Shown here piece after piece: positions 56,986 through 64,000 of a stretch of DNA of 64,000 nucleotides. A program made the position numbers and the translations under genes. Source of the DNA: an uncultured Gemmatimonadales bacterium. Lineage in GTDB: Bacteria; Gemmatimonadota; Gemmatimonadetes; Longimicrobiales; Gaopeijiaceae. The notes beneath the pieces were generated by a model, which saw only the letters and a program-made list of their open reading frames with translations, did not search any database and was not told where the DNA came from. Within the stretch, counting starts at the first letter, position 1; each line of letters begins with the position of its first letter. Location of the stretch: positions 320,001 through 384,000 of the forward strand of contig CAWGKG010000012.1 of NCBI GenBank assembly GCA_963823035.1, written 5' to 3'.

Positions 56986-58100
56986 CGGCTCCCCGCGGTC
57001 GGCTTGCCCGGGCGCCCGAGCTCGAGCTGCACGAGCGAAGACCGCATCCGGTCGGAGCTGATCTCGGCGGGCGCCAGCAGGTCGGCCTCCATCACCTCGG
57101 TGATCGCACCGGGCCCGCCGGCCTCCACCTCACGGGCCTGCTCCTTCGCGTGGTAGCTCGAGCGCACCAGCGGCCCGGACTCGACGTGCTTGAAGCCGTG
57201 CTCGCCCTCGCCGACGCGCTTCCACCCGACGAACTCGTCCGGGGTGACCCAGCGGGCGACGGGGATGTGCATCGGAGACGGCCGCAGGTACTGACCCAGC
57301 GTGAGGATGTCGACGGACGCCTCGCGCAGGTCCGCCATCGCCTGACGCACCTCGTGGGCCTCCTCGCCCATCCCGAGGATGATCCCGGTCTTCGTGAGCA
57401 TCGCCGGATCCATCTTCTTCACGGCGCCCAGGAAGGAGATCGAGCGCCAGTAGCGTCCACCGGGCCGGACGTCGGGGTGGAGCCGCTCCACCGTCTCCAG
57501 GTTGTGGCCGAGGATCTCGGGCTTCGCGTCCACCACGATGCGCAGCGCGTCCTCGTCGCCCTTGAAGTCGGGGATCAGCACTTCCACCGAGCACCCGGGC
57601 ACGGCGTCGTGGATGCGCCGGATCGTCTCCGCGTAGATGGCGGCGCCGCCGTCGGGCAGCTCGTCGCGGTTCACGCTCGTGATGACCACGTGCTCGAGCG
57701 CGAGATCGGCGACGCTGTCCGCCACGCGGCGCGGCTCGTCCGTGTCCAGCCCGGTGGGCATCCCGTGCGCCACACCGCAGTACTTGCAGGCCCGCGTGCA
57801 CACGTCCCCGAGGATCATGAAGGTCGCGGTGCCGGCCTCCCAGCACTCGCCGATGTTCGGGCAGCCGGCCTCCTCGCACACGGTGTGCAGGGAGCCGGTG
57901 CGCATCATGTGCTTGAGCCGCCGATAGTTGTCGCCGCCCGGAGAGCGCACTTTGAGCCATGCGGGCTTCCGCGACTTGATGTCGACGGTATCCAGGCCCT
58001 CGTGGGCCCGGATCCTGGATGTGCCCTTCGGCTTCACCACCCCCGTGTCCTTCCCCTCGGGGGCGTAGCCGCGAGGGGTTTCCGTCGCGGTGGTGCTCAC
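56982..58100 (-). CDS. lipA: Lipoyl synthase
   Basis: CEEAGCPNIGEC, CTRACKYC and RSSYHA. Confidence 0.96.
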   Translation of the reverse strand: MSTTATETPRGYAPEGKDTGVVKPKGTSRIRAHEGLDTVDIKSRKPAWLKVRSPGGDNYRRLKHMMRTGSLHTVCEEAGCPNIGECWEAGTATFMILGDVCTRACKYCGVAHGMPTGLDTDEPRRVADSVADLALEHVVITSVNRDELPDGGAAIYAETIRRIHDAVPGCSVEVLIPDFKGDEDALRIVVDAKPEILGHNLETVERLHPDVRPGGRYWRSISFLGAVKKMDPAMLTKTGIILGMGEEAHEVRQAMADLREASVDILTLGQYLRPSPMHIPVARWVTPDEFVGWKRVGEGEHGFKHVESGPLVRSSYHAKEQAREVEAGGPGAITEVMEADLLAPAEISSDRMRSSLVQLELGRPGKPTAGSR

Positions 58101-58246
58101 GCCTCTATCCTCCCGATCCACTGCCTGCACGCCATCGTCGCGTGGGAGCGGACCGCTCGTAGACGAACAGGTCCCGCGGGCCGGGGGCGTCGGCCGCTCG
58201 TGACAAGGCGGGTCAACGGTTTCCAGCGCCCCGGCAGAGCCTGAAA

Positions 58247-59398
58247 TCATAAGCCGAGGCCGAGGCCCCGTACAAGGTAGGCTACCCCGAAACCGAGGTA
58301 GTTTCCGACCGCGTACCCGACCAGCCCGACGATGATCCCGGGCAGTACGAGGCCCGGCCACTCCCTCGCCACGCCGACCGCCAGGGCGCTGGAGGGCCCT
58401 CCGACCGCCGCCTGGGAGGCCACCGACAGCGTGCCGAGATCGAGCTTGAAGATCCTGCCGCCCCCGTACACGACCACACCGTGGACGCCCACCACCACGA
58501 GCGTGTAGAAGAAGACCACCACGCCCACGGCGGCGATCTGCGCCACCTGGGACCAGATGCCGATCACCACGAAGAAGAGCTGCAGGACCATGGTGCCGAG
58601 CTGCAGCGCGCCTTCGGCGCGGTGGAAGAAGCGGGTATGGCCGAGCAGGAGGGCGTAGGTGGTCAGCCACAGGATCGAGGGCACCTGCGGGATCACGCGC
58701 GCGGTCAGGTCCGCCGCGGCGAGAAGGGCCAGCCCGGTGGCGACGAGCACGGAGAGGTCGAGCGCCGACACCGAGGCCGCCGCGAAGAAGGGGTGGTGCG
58801 CGTGCGTACCGCCCTCGCGCTCCTCGGGAAGCTCGGTCAGCTCCTCGGGCACCGGTGGGTAGAAGCGCGCCAGCCACAGGGGGAGGAGGAGGGTGGCCGC
58901 CATCCACAGCCCGGTGGTCAGCGCGTCCGCCGCGGTGGCCCCGGCCCACAGGCTGTCGGGAAGCTGCACGGCGCGCCCCACCGACACGAAGTTCACCGAC
59001 CCTCCCGTGTAGGTCCCGGTGAACACGCCCGCGAGCCGCCATGCGTTCTCGCCGATCGACGAGGCGAAGGCGAGCGCTCCGATGAACGCCCCGAGCGCGG
59101 TGCCGACCATCGCCAGCCCGAACGCGCCCATCATGCGCGGCCCCGCGAGCTTCAGGTCGGCGAGGTTGACCGAGAGGAGCAGCCAGGCGATGGCGAGCGA
59201 CGTGACGGGCCCGGCGATCGCGTCGTAGACGGGCGAGGTGGCGGGGACGATGCCGAAGTTCGAGAGCAGGGCCCCGAACACGAGGACCAGGAGCGACGCG
59301 CCGAGCTTGGAGAGGACCGGCACGTGGCGGTCGAGCCAGAACGCCAGCGCGGCCGCCAGGGCGATGACGGCCGTGAGAGAGAAGGGCGAGGAGATCAA
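58247..59398 (-). CDS. DUF819-family membrane protein
   Basis: GTYTGGSVNF, ASQAAVGGPSSA and GYAVGNYLG; about 10 TM segments. Confidence 0.85.
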   Translation of the reverse strand: MISSPFSLTAVIALAAALAFWLDRHVPVLSKLGASLLVLVFGALLSNFGIVPATSPVYDAIAGPVTSLAIAWLLLSVNLADLKLAGPRMMGAFGLAMVGTALGAFIGALAFASSIGENAWRLAGVFTGTYTGGSVNFVSVGRAVQLPDSLWAGATAADALTTGLWMAATLLLPLWLARFYPPVPEELTELPEEREGGTHAHHPFFAAASVSALDLSVLVATGLALLAAADLTARVIPQVPSILWLTTYALLLGHTRFFHRAEGALQLGTMVLQLFFVVIGIWSQVAQIAAVGVVVFFYTLVVVGVHGVVVYGGGRIFKLDLGTLSVASQAAVGGPSSALAVGVAREWPGLVLPGIIVGLVGYAVGNYLGFGVAYLVRGLGLGL

Positions 59399-60168
59399 AG
59401 CTCCGTGCCCCGGTCGTCGGGCAGCTGCGTCTGCAGCTCCTCCTTGCGGCGCTGGAAGCGGCGCACGACGTGGTCGCGCGCCTCGCGCGGGTCGTCCGTG
59501 AGGAAGAAGAGGTCCAGGTCGCGCTCCCCGATCTTCCCTTCGGAGGCCATCCTGTCACGTATCCAGTCGACCAGCCCGCCCCAGTAGTCCGTGCCCATGA
59601 GCACGACCGGGAAGTGACGGACCTTCCCCGTCTGGATGAGCGTGAGCGACTCGAACAGCTCGTCCATCGTTCCGAAGCCGCCCGGGAAGATCACGAACGC
59701 CTGCGCGTACTTCACGAACATCGTCTTGCGGACGAAGAAGTACCGGAAGTCGATGGCCACGTCGACGTACGGGTTCGTGTGCTGCTCGAAGGGGAGCTCG
59801 ATGTTGCACCCCACCGAGCGCACGCCGGCCTCGCGCGCCCCGCGATTGGCGGCCTCCATGATGCCGGGTCCGCCTCCCGTGATGATCGCGAAGCCCGACT
59901 CGCCGATCAGGCGCGCCGTCTCGACGCACAGCGCGTACTGGGGATGGTCCGGCTGCACGCGGGCCGACCCGAAGATCGAGACGGCCGGTCCGACCTTGGT
60001 CATCGCCTCGAAGCCCTCGACGAACTCGCCCATGATGCGGAAGATCCGCCAGGCGTCGCGCCCGATCGTCTCGAGCTCCTCGACGCTCTCCAGGAGGCGC
60101 TCGTCCTCGGTCCGTCGGTGGTGGTTGGGAAAGGGCTCCGCCCAGTGGGCGCCGGAGTCGTGCTCCAT
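59395..60168 (-). CDS. LOG-family (TIGR00730) nucleotide phosphoribohydrolase
   Basis: FGSAR, TGGGPGIMEAANRG, FFVRKTMF and PGGFGTMDE. Confidence 0.92.
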   Translation of the reverse strand: MEHDSGAHWAEPFPNHHRRTEDERLLESVEELETIGRDAWRIFRIMGEFVEGFEAMTKVGPAVSIFGSARVQPDHPQYALCVETARLIGESGFAIITGGGPGIMEAANRGAREAGVRSVGCNIELPFEQHTNPYVDVAIDFRYFFVRKTMFVKYAQAFVIFPGGFGTMDELFESLTLIQTGKVRHFPVVLMGTDYWGGLVDWIRDRMASEGKIGERDLDLFFLTDDPREARDHVVRRFQRRKEELQTQLPDDRGTEL

Positions 60169-60230
60169 ACCCGTATCACTCCTTCGGTGCTGGGGAGGCC
60201 CTCCGCGCTCGGATGGAGCTCCCCGGGGAT

Positions 60231-61223
60231 TCAATCGCTGGCGTGCTCCAGCAGCCATCGGCCCGTGCGCTCGAGCGCGTCCTCGTGCCGATGGGGAGGG
60301 TCCCAACCGAGCTCGCGGCGAATGCGCGCGGAGCCATAAGGGTTCTCCGAAAGAGCCAATCGCGCCACCCGCGCGAGCGGAAGGTGCTCGGCGCCCGGGG
60401 CCGAAACGCCCAGCTTCTGGAGCACTTCCGCGGCCCCGCGGACCAGCGCAGCGGGGATGGGGATCAGCACCGGGGATCGCCCGAGGCCCACGGCGAGCCC
60501 CTCGAGGAGGGCCCGCTGCGTGAGCGGGTGGTCTTCGCCGACCACGTACGTCGCGTTGGACCGCCCGGCCTCCAGCGCGAGGACCGCCGCGACCGCGACG
60601 TTCCCAGCGTACACGGTCGGCAGGGTGTTGTCGCCGGAGCCGAGCAGAAAGCTCACCGGCCGTCGCACCATGCGGCCGATGCGCACCGCCATCAGCCGAT
60701 CACGCTCGCCGTACACGGCCGACGGACGCAGGATCGTGACCGCCAGCCCGTGCTCGGCCTCGATCGACCTCGCGATGGCCTCGGCCTCACGCTTCGAGCG
60801 GGCGTAGAGGTCGCGCTTGGGGATGTCGCGATCGATCGGCGAGTCCTCGTCGACCGGCCCGTCGACGGTGCCGTACACGGCCACCGAGGAGAGGTGGACG
60901 GCGTGCTGGACGCCTGCGTGCACGGCGGCCATGAGGACGTGGCGCGTGCCCTCCACGTTCACCTCGCGCACCTTCGACCACGAGCCGCCCGCGTAGACGA
61001 GCGCGGCGGCGTGCAACACGTGGGTGCACCGCGCCATGGAGGGCGCGAGGGTGTCGGGCGGATCGCGCACGTCGCCCTCGACGATCGTGCAGCCGATGCC
61101 TTCCAGGAAGCTCGCGTCGGAGCCACGTCGGCAGAGCGCCACCACCTCGTGGCCCCCCTCGCGCAGGTGAGCCGCCGTGTGGGAGCCGATGAGGCCCGTG
61201 CCGCCGGTCAGGAAGACGCGCAT
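60231..61223 (-). CDS. NAD-dependent epimerase/dehydratase (extended SDR)
   Basis: TGGTGLIG, SSVAVYG and YARSK. Confidence 0.9.
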   Translation of the reverse strand: MRVFLTGGTGLIGSHTAAHLREGGHEVVALCRRGSDASFLEGIGCTIVEGDVRDPPDTLAPSMARCTHVLHAAALVYAGGSWSKVREVNVEGTRHVLMAAVHAGVQHAVHLSSVAVYGTVDGPVDEDSPIDRDIPKRDLYARSKREAEAIARSIEAEHGLAVTILRPSAVYGERDRLMAVRIGRMVRRPVSFLLGSGDNTLPTVYAGNVAVAAVLALEAGRSNATYVVGEDHPLTQRALLEGLAVGLGRSPVLIPIPAALVRGAAEVLQKLGVSAPGAEHLPLARVARLALSENPYGSARIRRELGWDPPHRHEDALERTGRWLLEHASD

Positions 61224-61261
61224 GAAGGGAGACCCCCTGCCGCCGAGGCGGGCCCGGTCTC

Positions 61262-62119
61262 TCAGCCGGAGCCCAGGTACCGCTGGGCTTCGCTCTGCAT
61301 CTCCGCCATGAGCTGCCGGTGTCCGTCGTACTCGACAAGGTTGCGCGCGTACTCCGTGTCGTAGACGCGCAGCAGATGCTCGTAGTACTCCTTGGCCTTC
61401 GCCGAATCCCCCATCGCGATCGCCGCCTGCGCGGCCGTGCCCAGCGCCAGCACGTGGTCGGGCTCGGATTCGAGGACGCGCTCCGAGGTGGCCAGCGCCG
61501 CGGCGGGATCCGTCAGGAGCTCGAGCAGCGCCTCGTGGATGATGCCATCGAGGTCGAGGGGCTCCGCGCGCTGGTACGCCTGCACGGCCATCGGCTGGAA
61601 GAACAGCGCATTGGTGGTGTCGCCGGCCGACAGCGTCTGCATGACGCGGTTGAACAGCCGGTCGGCCGCCTCCCGCGGCGTCATCGAGTTCAGGTCGAGG
61701 GTCGATTGCCCGTTCGCGGGGTTGCCCCCCATCCCGGGAGGCGGGCCGCCTCCCGAGGCGGCGGGCGGGCTGCTGGAGCGGCTCACCGCGTTCCATCCCA
61801 CCACCAGGATCAGGCCGAACATGGCGACGCCGGCGATCCACCAGGGCGCGTTGTTCCCGCCCAGCGTCGCGGCGGCCGCCGCCCGGTGGCCGACCACCGT
61901 CGGGGGGACGCCGCCCGGCCCCGCGGCCCGCGCGCCTCCTCCGACCTTGGCGCCGCACTGTGTGCAGAACTTCGCCGTGCCGGGGATCTTGGCACCGCAC
62001 TGGTTGCAGTGACGGCTGCCCAGCGCCGCGCCGCAGTGCTGACAGAAGTTGCCGCCCGAGGGCTTCCCGCACTGAGGGCAGGGCTGCTTCTGTCCGCCGC
62101 CTTTCGTCTCCTGCGTCAT
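61262..62119 (-). CDS. Double zinc ribbon - TM - TPR-like protein
   Basis: CPQC, CQHC, CNQC and CTQC, then one TM segment and a helical C-terminus. Confidence 0.8.
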   Translation of the reverse strand: MTQETKGGGQKQPCPQCGKPSGGNFCQHCGAALGSRHCNQCGAKIPGTAKFCTQCGAKVGGGARAAGPGGVPPTVVGHRAAAAATLGGNNAPWWIAGVAMFGLILVVGWNAVSRSSSPPAASGGGPPPGMGGNPANGQSTLDLNSMTPREAADRLFNRVMQTLSAGDTTNALFFQPMAVQAYQRAEPLDLDGIIHEALLELLTDPAAALATSERVLESEPDHVLALGTAAQAAIAMGDSAKAKEYYEHLLRVYDTEYARNLVEYDGHRQLMAEMQSEAQRYLGSG

Positions 62120-62120
62120 G

Positions 62121-64000
62121 TCACGAGCCTGCTTCCGTCAGAGCGTTGAAGAGGAGCGGCCACGTGGCCACCGTCTGCCCCCGATAGTTGGGCTGGAAGC
62201 CGAACAGCACCACCGAGCCCCGTCCGACATCGGCCTCCACGATCGCCGGCTTTCCGGCGACGTGCTCGCCGCCCAGCACCCACCCGGACAGGAGTGGGTC
62301 ACCGGACCCATACCGCGCCGCGACCCGGATGTTCGCGTCTCCCACGTCGAACGCCCGGCTCCCCGTGCCGAACCAGGCGATGCTCTCGGTCTGCACGCCG
62401 CGGCCCAGCGAGGAGGAGCCGTCCACCTCGAGGCGGAGGATCGAACCTGGGATGTAGAAGTCGGTGTTCGGCAGCCCGTCGACCGCGTTGGTGACGTCGA
62501 GGCCGAACATCTCCGCGACCAGCTCGGTGGCGTCTTCGACCGCCACCAGCCTGCCGCCGGACTCGACGAAGGCCTTCAGCGCCGCAACACCCACGTCGCC
62601 GAGACCGCCCGCGTACTCGGCGGGGACCGCCGAGGCCGGGAAGCCGTCACGGATCGAGCGGGCGCTCTGCGCCTCCAGGAGGATCACGTCGTAGCGGTCC
62701 GCGAGCGAACCGCGCTTCACGTCGGCGTCGTGCAGCGTATCGTACTTCATCTCGTAGGTGTCGAGCACCCACCGCGTCCACCCCTCCTCGATCGGCTCCT
62801 GCCACGACTTGTACAGCGCGACCCTGGGCGCACCGGCGCCCCGGAAGGCGGCCGGCAACTCGAAGTCGAAGGCGGGAGGGTCGATGGGGTCGGACATCGC
62901 CACGGTCGGCGCCTGGTCGACCGCGACCGCCTCCATGTTCATGAGGTACGGCAGCGTATGCGCCGTAACGTCGTACGGCCGCTGGGGCGGGCCCCCCGGA
63001 TACTCGCGCAGATCCGGGTAGTGCTGCACCTCGAGCATCGTCTGCGCGAACGACGCGTACGGCTGGTTCATCGGCACGATCCAGCTTCCCGCCGGAAAGG
63101 AGATCCCGTCGGCGCTGAACGCGGCCGTGGCGCGGTGCACCTCCACGTCGCCCATCGCGAGGATGCGCAGCACGTAGTTCACGCCCGTGCTGTTCTCCTG
63201 GCCGGCGGGGATCACCCACGCGCCCGGCCAGGCGTCCCACTTGTCCACGGCGCGCTCGCCGATGTGGTAGAAGTCCTCCAACCAGTAGCGACGGTTCTTG
63301 GCGGCATTGGCCAGGAGCGCGAGCGCACCCGTCTCCATGTAGTCGACGATGTCCGGCAGCCCCCAATGCCCGCCGGGCCACACGTCCGGGAAGTTCCACG
63401 ACCGCTGCGACGAGTCGTAGTTCCGGTTCGGACCGAGCCGATCGGCCGCAACCTCCACGGGCGTCGCGACGCGCGCGGAGGCGGTTTCCGAGAGTATGCG
63501 CGCGCCCGCATGGTAGTGCTGGTAGGCTCGCGCCGGCGTCCACGCGTCGTACTGCCCCGCCACCACCGCGCCCGCCATCCCCTTCGCGGTGACCCGGGCG
63601 GCCATGTACGTCCCGAGCTGGTTCACCGCGGCCTGGAGCGCCGGGTCGATGTTGGGCTCCCACGGATCGATGTAGGGCGGGAAGAAGATACGCGCCCCGT
63701 TCGAGCCCATCTGGTGGATGTCGTGCACGATCTGCGGATGCCAGGCGTTGTGGGCCCCGTTGATCGTGAGGATGGTCTCGTCCTGCGTGAAGGCGTACCA
63801 GTCGCGGTTGTTGTCGTGGCCCACGTAGAACTGGTAGAGCCAGGGGAGGGGAGCGCCCTCGTACTGCGTGCCCACGTACCGGTTGTACCAGTCCACCACC
63901 CACTGGAGCCCGTCGGGATTGAGCGAAGGGATGTCCAGCAGGATCACGTTGTCGAGGATCTCGCGGATCTCCGGGTCGTCGGACGTTGCGAGCCGCCAGA
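62121..64000 (-). CDS. M14-family zinc carboxypeptidase-like protein (5' partial)
   Basis: PSLNPDG, GHDNNRDW and HDIHQMG; C-terminal GATase-like segment (FVESGGRLV). Confidence 0.85.
   Translation of the reverse strand, partial: WRLATSDDPEIREILDNVILLDIPSLNPDGLQWVVDWYNRYVGTQYEGAPLPWLYQFYVGHDNNRDWYAFTQDETILTINGAHNAWHPQIVHDIHQMGSNGARIFFPPYIDPWEPNIDPALQAAVNQLGTYMAARVTAKGMAGAVVAGQYDAWTPARAYQHYHAGARILSETASARVATPVEVAADRLGPNRNYDSSQRSWNFPDVWPGGHWGLPDIVDYMETGALALLANAAKNRRYWLEDFYHIGERAVDKWDAWPGAWVIPAGQENSTGVNYVLRILAMGDVEVHRATAAFSADGISFPAGSWIVPMNQPYASFAQTMLEVQHYPDLREYPGGPPQRPYDVTAHTLPYLMNMEAVAVDQAPTVAMSDPIDPPAFDFELPAAFRGAGAPRVALYKSWQEPIEEGWTRWVLDTYEMKYDTLHDADVKRGSLADRYDVILLEAQSARSIRDGFPASAVPAEYAGGLGDVGVAALKAFVESGGRLVAVEDATELVAEMFGLDVTNAVDGLPNTDFYIPGSILRLEVDGSSSLGRGVQTESIAWFGTGSRAFDVGDANIRVAARYGSGDPLLSGWVLGGEHVAGKPAIVEADVGRGSVVLFGFQPNYRGQTVATWPLLFNALTEAGS

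Noticed and set aside
56982..59558. Apparent large fusions (858-aa lipA ORF, 757-aa glcE ORF, 756-aa lpdA ORF, 613-aa epimerase ORF)
   Set aside because: The extensions are off-frame readings of neighbouring genes caused by stop-codon scarcity or indels. The real starts have their own RBS or stop/start overlap.

Overview
Very GC-rich, gene-dense bacterial chromosomal DNA. Gene content suggests Gemmatimonadota, but this is inference and not a database result. No rRNA, tRNA, CRISPR array, transposase or prophage gene was recognised. Many genes carry 1-nt frameshifts, including housekeeping genes (pdhABC, lpdA, ispH). These are best read as long-read assembly indels, so several CDS below are stitched across frames. 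Main blocks: (1) a heme-copper oxidase operon (1.6-7.3 kb); (2) a TAXI-TRAP / DUF5916 / aminotransferase run; (3) a lone MshEN-PilB ATPase and an NtrYX-like two-component system followed by a sigma54 promoter, an outer-membrane protein and DUF4390; (4) a seven-gene translationally coupled operon, glcD-glcE-ALDH-glcF-M20-GNAT-NSAR/OSBS; (5) ispH, lpdA-marR, lemA/DUF2207, padR-ADOP, can, chorismate mutase-prephenate dehydratase and lipA-pdhABC. The most notable observation is the oxidase. It has an A1-type GHPEVY active site and the main D-channel residues, but the canonical K-channel residues checked are all replaced. New polar residues appear in subunit I helix VIII and in the subunit II TM helices, and a cytochrome c is fused to subunit IV. 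Also notable are a 301-bp MITE-like element sitting on the coxA stop codon and a candidate Phe/Tyr attenuator upstream of the chorismate mutase gene.
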